Shown piece after piece: positions 6,784-14,752 of a stretch of DNA of 64,000 nucleotides (positions are counted from its first letter, which is position 1; each line of letters begins with the position of its first letter). The stretch spans positions 1-64,000 of IMG/VR virus record IMGVR_UViG_3300032268_000986; one strand, 5' to 3'. Made by a program: the position numbers and the translations under genes. The notes below the pieces were generated by a model. That model was not told the origin of the DNA, did not search any database, and was given only the letters and a program-made list of their open reading frames with translations.

Positions 6784-8855
6784 GCAATTTCTACATCTGT
6801 GTTGTAACTGGTAAAGCCGTTTTCTTTGATGACTTTGAGAATGTTTTCCACACGCCCAGCTAACTCATCTCTGTGGCTCACTAGCCAAATACTCTTGTGG
6901 CGTTCTCGAGTCATCTTCTTGAGCAAGCCCAGGGCATTTTCTACACCTTGTGTGTCTAGGCCGTTGTCTATGAGTTCGTCAATGAACAACAAGTTGATGG
7001 GTGAGTATAAACTTTCCCACACGTCACGGAATGCCCAGCTCATGCTTAGGATCAATCGATTGCGTTCACCACGGCTCAAATTGTCAAAATCCAGCTCACG
7101 ACCCAGTTCCTCAATGCTAACACTCAAATCGTTCTGAAATTTCACAGTGTGCGGCAGGCCAATACGATCCAAGTAGTGGGTAAGACGTGCGTTTAGATAA
7201 CTCAAGTTCTGATCAATAATTTTCTTGCGCACAAACGAATCCTTGGAGGTCAACAGTTTGAGCAAGAATTCTTGATGTTCTTGTATACGGGTAAGTTCGT
7301 TAATGGTATCATAGCTGACCACTTGCAGTGCTTGTCGTTGCATGTCTGCAATTTGTTCAGTGTATGGATCAGTCTCCAAGGCCTTGCGCTCAATTTGATC
7401 TACCAGGCTGGCAACTCTACTGCGATGTTCAATGGCTTCTCGTTCGGTATCATAGTGTGTGCGCGGCTGTGTCCCCAACACAACTTCTGTATGCTCAGTT
7501 AACTGCTCGGCAAAAGGATTGATTTCTGCTTGCTTGTCTTCCCATACTTTTTTCAAGTTAGCAACATCGCCGCTGTGTCGGATTGCCTCAGCTTCAGTTT
7601 TGTACAGCGGCTTGGGTTTTACCGCGGCAACAAAAATTTCAACTTGCCTGAGTTCATTCCACTGATTTGTCAATGCAGTTGCATGTGCTTGAGCATCTTC
7701 AAGCATTTTTTCTTTGTCGGTCAGCACTCGAATATGTTGATCATCATGAAACTCTTGACCACATGCATAACACTTGTGATCCAGCAAGGATTCAATTTCT
7801 GCTGAAAGTTTTTTAACAAGTTTGTCTTCCTTGTCAATTTCTTTGGTCAGGCGTGCAAGTTCACGATCTCGATCTTCAAGCTCCTTGGACTTTTGTAGGT
7901 ACTCATTGAGTTGCCGCCATGTATCAAGTTCAGTTTCAATGTCGTACTGATTTTTGTCTAAATAAGCACGTCCGGCAGCATCAACATCGGCATCATGCTT
8001 TTGTTGCCAGGCTGTACTGCGAGCAACCAATGCAGTGTGTGTGTCCTTTTGCTGCTTCAGTGTGTTCCAAATTACCAAATCTTTGTGTGCAGAAAGTTCA
8101 GCCTCAATGTCCAGCGCACTGAGGTCATTGTATTCAGTCATGACTCGTTCAAGATCTTCACTGTGTTTTTTCTGCCACAGGGTTTGTCTGCGACGAAGCC
8201 CATCTATTTGTTCTTCTATTCTGGTGTTGGCTTCTTGCACTGCTCGGATACGAAACTCTTCCTGAGTAACAGCATCCTTGGTCTGGCGGTTTAATTCTTT
8301 GACACGATCAGCTTTTTCACTGAGCATGGTAATGCCCAACAGTTGTTCAATGATGGTGCGCTGGTCAAGGGCCTTGAGACTCAAAAACGGTTCGGTATAA
8401 GTGTTCAAGGCCAGCACATGTTTGAACATGTCATGACTCATGTTCATGATGCGTTCAATGGCATCTTGGGTTTCTCGACTGTCGCCCTGGGCTTCGTCAG
8501 TGGCAGACTTTTCTTCATTGTTGACATAGAATTTCAGCACATTGGGTTTGCGTCCGCGCTCAATTCGGTATTCAACACTGTTTACAGAAAAATCAAGACT
8601 GACCAGCATGCCTTTACCATTGGTCTTGTTCACAAGATTGTCCTTGCGAATGTTGCTCAAGGCATTGCCGTACAATGCGTAACTCAGAGCATTGATGATT
8701 GTGGTCTTACCAGTACCATTGCGACTGCCATCGCCTCCTAGGTCTAAATTTTCACCCAGCACCAGTGTGAGATCTTTGCGATCAAAATTAATACCTTGTG
8801 TGGCATTACCCACACTCATGAAGTTTCGAACAGTGAGATTTTTAATTTGAATCAT
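6780..8855 (-). CDS. gp46: Recombination endonuclease ATPase subunit (gp46/SbcC/Rad50-like)
   Basis: Walker A RNGTGKTT, CYAC zinc hook, LSRGE signature, Walker B LLFIDE, VSH H-loop. Confidence 0.95.
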   Translation of the reverse strand: MIQIKNLTVRNFMSVGNATQGINFDRKDLTLVLGENLDLGGDGSRNGTGKTTIINALSYALYGNALSNIRKDNLVNKTNGKGMLVSLDFSVNSVEYRIERGRKPNVLKFYVNNEEKSATDEAQGDSRETQDAIERIMNMSHDMFKHVLALNTYTEPFLSLKALDQRTIIEQLLGITMLSEKADRVKELNRQTKDAVTQEEFRIRAVQEANTRIEEQIDGLRRRQTLWQKKHSEDLERVMTEYNDLSALDIEAELSAHKDLVIWNTLKQQKDTHTALVARSTAWQQKHDADVDAAGRAYLDKNQYDIETELDTWRQLNEYLQKSKELEDRDRELARLTKEIDKEDKLVKKLSAEIESLLDHKCYACGQEFHDDQHIRVLTDKEKMLEDAQAHATALTNQWNELRQVEIFVAAVKPKPLYKTEAEAIRHSGDVANLKKVWEDKQAEINPFAEQLTEHTEVVLGTQPRTHYDTEREAIEHRSRVASLVDQIERKALETDPYTEQIADMQRQALQVVSYDTINELTRIQEHQEFLLKLLTSKDSFVRKKIIDQNLSYLNARLTHYLDRIGLPHTVKFQNDLSVSIEELGRELDFDNLSRGERNRLILSMSWAFRDVWESLYSPINLLFIDELIDNGLDTQGVENALGLLKKMTRERHKSIWLVSHRDELAGRVENILKVIKENGFTSYNTDVEIA

Positions 8856-8890
8856 GCAATATTGTTATCAGAGTATGAATACATTGTAGA

Positions 8891-8914
8891 TGATTGTGTT
8901 ATACAACACAATCA
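8891..8914. terminator. 10-bp inverted repeat between the inserted genes and gp46
   Basis: TGATTGTGTT-ATAC-AACACAATCA. Confidence 0.45.
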
Positions 8915-8927
8915 ATTAGGCCTGATA

Positions 8928-10328
8928 CTATCTGAGTTTGAATTTGATTCGAAAATGATTTCTCACATGAAACTCATTGAGAGTCATGTCGCATGCTCTA
9001 AAGTCACTGAGATTCATCTGATCTACATAATTTATTTGTACCAGTGGTGATAATTTGCTGAGTTCAGCATTGATCATATTGACTATGTCATCGGGCTGCT
9101 CAACGGTTTTATCGATCAACAAATAAACTCGATTCATTGTGGGGTCAGCCAAGAGATACACAAGAGACGGATCAGTTGTTTGTTTGACAATGTTGTCTAG
9201 ATCAGTGACCGAAAGAATAACGTCATTTATACGTAGGTATGAATTACGATGTCTGAACTCATACCCAGTATCGGTCAACTCAAACTCGTCGGGAAAAATC
9301 ACTGTGCCTTGATATTTGTTGCTGACTTGTAGTTTGTTGCCATTGACAAGTTTGACTTGATAAAAATCATCAATAGGAAATCCAAAATCCATGCAGTTGT
9401 GAGTGTCTGGAGAGTCTTTGGCAATTGTGTTGATAAACACCGGTGATGACATCTCCATGCAACCAAACAACGATGTAACTGAGTTGATATTTTTCTCTCT
9501 CATTAAATCAAGCCAATTCAGTTGATTGCCTTGCAGTGATAGTATGTCCACAGCCTTGGTAAACTTTTTGGCGTTCTGAATAAATCTCTCAGTGGTGATA
9601 CTATTGGGCATGGACATCTTGTTGATTCTTTCGCGCTCAACAAAGTCGGCAATTTGTGCTAGTTTATCAAAATTTAAAATAGCGCCATAGTGATGTTCAC
9701 ACACGTTCAATGATGGTAACAGCATGTTATTCAATCCTCCGCCATGGTGCGATCCATGCAGATGTAACATACGATCGTTGGGGTTAAACTTGTGTATGCC
9801 CACACATCGGTCCGACAATTCCCGACTGAACGCATGAGAATATTCCACAGACTTTGGCACTAGATCCGCTGATGCTGTCACTGCCTTGATCATGGCCAGG
9901 CGATCCGAGAAACCATGTGGCATGTGATCCATTGTGTTGTGTTTGGCAACATAATGGTGCCAAACATCCAGCTGTATCACGCAGCCGGTATGAGGTTGTT
10001 CTTCGTTGGCTTTCTCCTGGGAGTCTACCACTGTGGCAGTAAACGGTGCATGAAAAAGGCTGAAACTTGGATTTTGTAGAACATACGAAGCACCCAATTC
10101 CCAAATAGCAAACATTAAAGAAATCCATCTCAGGTCTCGGTGACCAATATTCAATGCAACTGTGGATCCTGGACCCACATTTGCTTGTTCGACCAAGATG
10201 TTTTTCCAGTGGTCAATGCTGGCTGAAATTTCAGCATAGTCAGAAACATGGTCAACATTGAAGTTGGAATCAACTTGATACCATTTGATGTTTTTGTTGA
10301 TATAGGTTCTGTCAATTAGTTTATTCAT
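8928..10328 (-). CDS. Degenerate adenylate-forming (ANL superfamily) protein
   Basis: Paralogous to the neighbouring gene; remnants TASADLVPKSVEYSH, HHGGG and FGCMEM; probable start MNKLIDR at 10328. Confidence 0.6.
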   Translation of the reverse strand: MNKLIDRTYINKNIKWYQVDSNFNVDHVSDYAEISASIDHWKNILVEQANVGPGSTVALNIGHRDLRWISLMFAIWELGASYVLQNPSFSLFHAPFTATVVDSQEKANEEQPHTGCVIQLDVWHHYVAKHNTMDHMPHGFSDRLAMIKAVTASADLVPKSVEYSHAFSRELSDRCVGIHKFNPNDRMLHLHGSHHGGGLNNMLLPSLNVCEHHYGAILNFDKLAQIADFVERERINKMSMPNSITTERFIQNAKKFTKAVDILSLQGNQLNWLDLMREKNINSVTSLFGCMEMSSPVFINTIAKDSPDTHNCMDFGFPIDDFYQVKLVNGNKLQVSNKYQGTVIFPDEFELTDTGYEFRHRNSYLRINDVILSVTDLDNIVKQTTDPSLVYLLADPTMNRVYLLIDKTVEQPDDIVNMINAELSKLSPLVQINYVDQMNLSDFRACDMTLNEFHVRNHFRIKFKLR

Positions 10329-11724
10329 CTGATTCCTTGGCAAGGTTAAATTTGTCAATAAAATATCTCTTTACCTGAGATAAGTTAAATTTATGTGAGT
10401 TGATAAATGTAGTGATATCAACCAAGCTCACATGATCAAGGCACAACCCGTCAGCAATCTTGGCCAAGTCAGCATTGATCTTGCTTGCTAGTTGGTTGAC
10501 TTGATCTTGGGAATACCGTTGGTCAACCAACAAGCAAACTCTGTCAGAGACTGCAATTATACACATCAAACTGGGATTTCCATGCACAAACACACACTGT
10601 TCTATTGCGTTCCATGGAACATCCTGTCCCTGTAGTCGGATATTTTTATCTCGATTACCATACAGTAGATTACCTGCATGATCCTGTACAAAATAATCCT
10701 GGATCACGTGCGATTTAACTTCCAGCAAGGGGTGCGACACTCGAAGATTGTTTTGGTCAGTTAACTCGATTGTGTAAAAATTATCCAGTGGCTGTCCAAA
10801 GTTCATTGGAGAATAACTGTCATCAGTTTGTTGAGTAATTTCGTTGGCCAGTACCGGGGTGAACACTTCCATTGCACCATAACTGGTGCGTATTGACTGA
10901 ACATTTTTTTCTTGAATCAACTTGATCCAGTTGGATTGATTTGCCAGTAACTGAAATATTTTAACAGTGTGGTTGAATCGTGGAGCATGAGTCAAGAACA
11001 ATTCTATAGACAACGGATGCGGCAGCATGATCACATTGATTTTGTGATTACTGACATATTGAGCAAGTTCGGCCATGCGGTCAGCCACAAACGGTAGACT
11101 GTGGACATGCTCAAATTGCGCAAGAACTGGCAATAAATGAGCCAGTACCACGTTGTGTGCGCCGCCATGTACCAACAATGCGCTTTCCAGCCCAGGTTGG
11201 TCCAATCCCAGTGCTGAGATATTGCGCTGACCCAATGCATACATGAACTCATGTGAGTGATTGCCCTTGGTTGGGATTCCGGTAGAACCCGACGAATTGA
11301 ATCCCAATACAGAATCAGTGGGCTGACATATTGCCGCAGTGTCGGCCGCAACATGGCTGTCATGATCAAGTTTGCCAGACAGATAATGCAATGCATGCGG
11401 TTTTAGTGTCTCTGCAGAGGCAGAGTCTGACACTATCACATGCCATGGCGCCCATAGGTCTGGGTAGCTTGGATGGAACGCAGTTTGTTTCCCCCCAAGT
11501 TCCCAGTTGGCCACAGTAACGGCCAGCCAATTGATATCTCTAATTTCAAAGTTTAATAAAATCTGGCGGCCACGTCCGTGACCATGTTGATGTTCAAGCA
11601 CATGTTTCCACTGATTTATACAACGATCAATGTCGTCGCGAGTGTGTACTTGAACATCATCAAGAGTTCCAGAATGCCACGACAGTTCTGGATTTAAAAA
11701 CTTTCTGTCTAGCACAGTTTTCAT
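10321..11724 (-). CDS. AMP-binding / acyl-CoA-synthetase-like adenylate-forming enzyme
   Basis: P-loop NSSGSTGIPTKGNHSH, YGAME motif, QD..GNLLYGNR hinge. Confidence 0.75.
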   Translation of the reverse strand: MKTVLDRKFLNPELSWHSGTLDDVQVHTRDDIDRCINQWKHVLEHQHGHGRGRQILLNFEIRDINWLAVTVANWELGGKQTAFHPSYPDLWAPWHVIVSDSASAETLKPHALHYLSGKLDHDSHVAADTAAICQPTDSVLGFNSSGSTGIPTKGNHSHEFMYALGQRNISALGLDQPGLESALLVHGGAHNVVLAHLLPVLAQFEHVHSLPFVADRMAELAQYVSNHKINVIMLPHPLSIELFLTHAPRFNHTVKIFQLLANQSNWIKLIQEKNVQSIRTSYGAMEVFTPVLANEITQQTDDSYSPMNFGQPLDNFYTIELTDQNNLRVSHPLLEVKSHVIQDYFVQDHAGNLLYGNRDKNIRLQGQDVPWNAIEQCVFVHGNPSLMCIIAVSDRVCLLVDQRYSQDQVNQLASKINADLAKIADGLCLDHVSLVDITTFINSHKFNLSQVKRYFIDKFNLAKESDE

Positions 11725-11725
11725 G

Positions 11726-12688
11726 TCAATTGATTTTGATCTGATGTTTCTGTATGGCCTGATCGGATATTTTTTTAATGTCAGTTAGCATCTTGGAAAA
11801 TTCTTTTGAGTCCAAGGCTCTGGGATTTCCGTGGCCGGCTTCGATGGCCTGCCGTACCTTGACTGACTCAGATGCCGAAATCAAGTCGCGTTCAATCTTG
11901 CTTGCTATATTTTTGTCAAGGTTGTTGGACACAAAATATCCCAATAGACTTGGCACAAATTTAGAATCTCGGCCGGTTAGTTCACGAATCGTGGGCACCT
12001 GAGGCAACTTGGGGTTTCGTTTCTCGCTGGTGACAGCAACCACACGCAACTTGCCGCTGTCGATCATGCTGACTGCAGATCCGTAACTGCTGCACGACAA
12101 TGGAAAGGCCTGATTGTGTAGGTCTGTGTACCAGACACCGTACTCTTTGTATGGTACATGCTCGGGTGTGTTTTGACTGATGACAGATGCCAGTTCAAGG
12201 CCGCAAAAATGCCCCACTGAAGCCACTGACCAAGAACCAAACATGGGTCTTTTGCGAAATTCTCCTAGTACTTCTTCGGTGGTGCTGTATTTGCTTGAAG
12301 CAACCACTACCATTTCGCCCACATAAGACAGTGCAATCGGCACAAGAGATTTTGTTGAATCTTCTCGATTGGCCAGAACAGGTGCAGTAATAACAGCAGC
12401 CGAGTCCACGGCTAAAATCACATGATTGCTGCGAGCAGACTCTTGATTGAATTCATTCAGAGATACCAATCCACCACCACCTGGGCGATTTTCAATGACC
12501 ACTGATTGCTTCCATTTGGCCGACAACTCCTCGGCTGTGAGCCTGAATACCACGTCAGGTCTTGATCCAACTGGTAAATTGGTAATGATTTTTACCGTTT
12601 GCACAGGCCAGTCTGCTGCAACCGCAGACGTTGCCAACGCAGAAATTACTGCTAGCTGACTGACTTGTTTAAAAATCTTAGTGAACAT
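11726..12688 (-). CDS. Bug/TctC tripartite tricarboxylate transporter substrate-binding protein
   Basis: Signal peptide ending AVAA-DWP, ENRPGGGG, HVPYK, GKLRVVAVTSEKR, LPQVPTIRE; RBS AAAGGAG before the ATG at 12688. Confidence 0.9.
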   Translation of the reverse strand: MFTKIFKQVSQLAVISALATSAVAADWPVQTVKIITNLPVGSRPDVVFRLTAEELSAKWKQSVVIENRPGGGGLVSLNEFNQESARSNHVILAVDSAAVITAPVLANREDSTKSLVPIALSYVGEMVVVASSKYSTTEEVLGEFRKRPMFGSWSVASVGHFCGLELASVISQNTPEHVPYKEYGVWYTDLHNQAFPLSCSSYGSAVSMIDSGKLRVVAVTSEKRNPKLPQVPTIRELTGRDSKFVPSLLGYFVSNNLDKNIASKIERDLISASESVKVRQAIEAGHGNPRALDSKEFSKMLTDIKKISDQAIQKHQIKIN

Positions 12689-12708
12689 ATATTCTCCTTT
12701 AAAGTTGT

Positions 12709-13725
12709 TCATAGTGTTTGATATATCTGTAGTAGCAGTGCCGAATCATAAAAGTCTGATTCAATATTGGTGAGTTGATCTGTGACAATCTGATCCACTG
12801 ATTCAAATTTTACATCACCAGGAGCCAAGTCTGCGCCAACATCAGAATTTGAATTGAGAATCAAACTCATTTCGCGCAGTTGGTACTTGGTGATGAAAGT
12901 TTCTTTGATGAAGTTGGCTTCTTCGTAAGAGATATCAATATCAATATTTACTCGCACATGCATGCGAGGCCGCAAAAGTTTGTCGGCATTGTCAATGAGG
13001 TTGGCAAGACCATACACACGATACGTGGGCTGATCGGGCCAGGCATGGAACTCGGGCTCTTGACCCCACTCTAGAATCATCATGCCACGTTCATCGTCGC
13101 CAGCATCGGCATAGTTGTGCGGAAAGCAGTTGCCGATGTAGGTGATGTTTTGTTTGGTCTGTCGCTTGTGAAAGTGACCAGTGAACACATGTTCAAAATT
13201 GTTGAAGTCTTCTCTGCGAACTGATCCATGGTCCGGCATTTCCACCATGGCGTTCATGAGGTAGCCGGGCAGTTCAAAGTGCCCAAACATGTATTTGCCT
13301 TTTAGTTTGGGAATACGTTTGTGATCATCTCCACAGAGCCAAGGAGCAATAACCACATCACCACTAGAGAACCAATCGTTGCATATTTCCACACGGGGCA
13401 AGTGACGAGCCCATTCCACACTTTGAATGTCGCGTTTGTCGCGATAATAAAGATCGTGATTACCAGGAATAAAGTAAACATGTTCAAAATTATCATTCAT
13501 GTGCTCCAGTGCCCGTAGGCTGTAGTTCAAAGTAACAATGTTTAGGCTGGCTCGATTGTTGTGCCAGTCACCCAGAAACATGCAGGTCTCGCAGCCTGCT
13601 TTGCGAGCTTGAGCAGTGGCCCATTTTACAAATGTCAAACAGTCCTCGTTGTGCAAGGTACTGTTTGATTTGAGTCCAAAATGAATGTCTGTAAAGACCG
13701 CGGCTTTTTTAAATAGATTACTCAT
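12709..13725 (-). CDS. gp47: Recombination endonuclease nuclease subunit (gp47/SbcD/Mre11-like)
   Basis: Metallophosphoesterase motifs DIHFG, LGDW, GNHD, GHFE, GHFH. Confidence 0.95.
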   Translation of the reverse strand: MSNLFKKAAVFTDIHFGLKSNSTLHNEDCLTFVKWATAQARKAGCETCMFLGDWHNNRASLNIVTLNYSLRALEHMNDNFEHVYFIPGNHDLYYRDKRDIQSVEWARHLPRVEICNDWFSSGDVVIAPWLCGDDHKRIPKLKGKYMFGHFELPGYLMNAMVEMPDHGSVRREDFNNFEHVFTGHFHKRQTKQNITYIGNCFPHNYADAGDDERGMMILEWGQEPEFHAWPDQPTYRVYGLANLIDNADKLLRPRMHVRVNIDIDISYEEANFIKETFITKYQLREMSLILNSNSDVGADLAPGDVKFESVDQIVTDQLTNIESDFYDSALLLQIYQTL

Positions 13726-13731
13726 CTACCT

Positions 13732-13760
13732 AGTATACTACTGATCCAAGCTGGAAACAA
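13732..13760 (-). promoter_or_regulatory. Sigma70-like promoter for gp47, probably leaderless
   Basis: TTGTTT-N17-TATACT-N6-ATG. Confidence 0.5.
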
Positions 13761-14637
13761 CCGGTCCGGACAAAGCAGCCATGCTGGCCTTGCCAGAGTT
13801 TTGGCGTGTCCATGATGGATTGAGTCCGTTGATTTCCAAGATGTCATCACGTATGTTCTGCATTTTCTTTTCAATGTTCAGGATGCGAGTAAAGCTATTA
13901 GTGATAGCGGCAGTATAATACGCAAAAGGGTTCTGCGATTTTGACTCGTCAAATTGCAGGCCAATTTGGCTGAGTTGTAGCAGGGCTTGTCCCCGCATTT
14001 CTTCGTTGTAGGTGTATCCACGCCAGTTGCTCCTTGTTGCATATCTCTCACACAGTTTCATGAACATCATGGCCAATTTGCGAGTCATGTTGCCATGTTC
14101 ACGTGAAAATTCTCCAGTTTCAATGTCGCCGCGCCAGTGGCTGCGCCCCACTCGAAATGGCACCTTGTCCTGATCCAGTCGATAGTGCTCAAACGGTGGG
14201 AAGTTCAGTCTCACATAGTTCATGTCCAGAACCGGAGTTTCCAACAGCTCCTCCAGCCCGTCTTCAACCGGTGTGTCTTCCAGTTCCAGTAGCTCTTCGA
14301 CTTTGCGTTTCTTGGCCTCGGCCTTGCTGATCTTCTTGGGCGCCCGGGGTATGTGATCCCAGCAAGTGATGCGGAACACCAAGTCTGTATTGGGAATTTT
14401 CTTGGGATCAATCACTTCCCCGGTTTCGCGTTTGATACGGTCAGCACGATTGCGTCTGGCCTCGGCCACAGTGCGAATATTGATCCGGTCAAGACTGGGC
14501 AGGATAATATCAAATTGATGATCTAGCACACGATCTTGATACCAGCAGTAGGTGTTTTTGCTAAGGTGTATTTCCTTGAGTATGTCCCGGTTGTTTAAAT
14601 AATTTACCCGGGCAGGTGGTTTGGGCAGTAAAGTCAT
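13738..14637 (-). CDS. gp55: Late-transcription sigma factor, T4 gp55-like
   Basis: NYLNNRDIL, NWRGYTYNEEM, FDESKSQNPFAYYT..F.RILNIEKK; synteny with gp47/gp46. Confidence 0.85.
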   Translation of the reverse strand: MTLLPKPPARVNYLNNRDILKEIHLSKNTYCWYQDRVLDHQFDIILPSLDRINIRTVAEARRNRADRIKRETGEVIDPKKIPNTDLVFRITCWDHIPRAPKKISKAEAKKRKVEELLELEDTPVEDGLEELLETPVLDMNYVRLNFPPFEHYRLDQDKVPFRVGRSHWRGDIETGEFSREHGNMTRKLAMMFMKLCERYATRSNWRGYTYNEEMRGQALLQLSQIGLQFDESKSQNPFAYYTAAITNSFTRILNIEKKMQNIRDDILEINGLNPSWTRQNSGKASMAALSGPVVSSLDQ

Positions 14638-14665
14638 GTTTGACTGGGTCTCCTAATGTGTACTT

Positions 14666-14693
14666 ATTGTAGCACAAATACAACATTTGTCAA
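14666..14693 (-). promoter_or_regulatory. Sigma70-type promoter of the gp55-like gene
   Basis: TTGACA-N16-TACAAT with extended -10 TG; AGGAG RBS downstream. Confidence 0.7.
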
Positions 14694-14728
14694 TACCTGA
14701 TCATTAAGTTTGCCGTTTTTTTTCACGG

Positions 14729-14734
14729 TAAATA
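14729..14734 (+). promoter_or_regulatory. Late promoter core TAAATA heading the baseplate operon
   Basis: The same core recurs at 23518, 23935, 41793, 42555 and 49176, each upstream of a gene start. Confidence 0.6.
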
Positions 14735-14752
14735 AGCTACAGGATCTACAAA

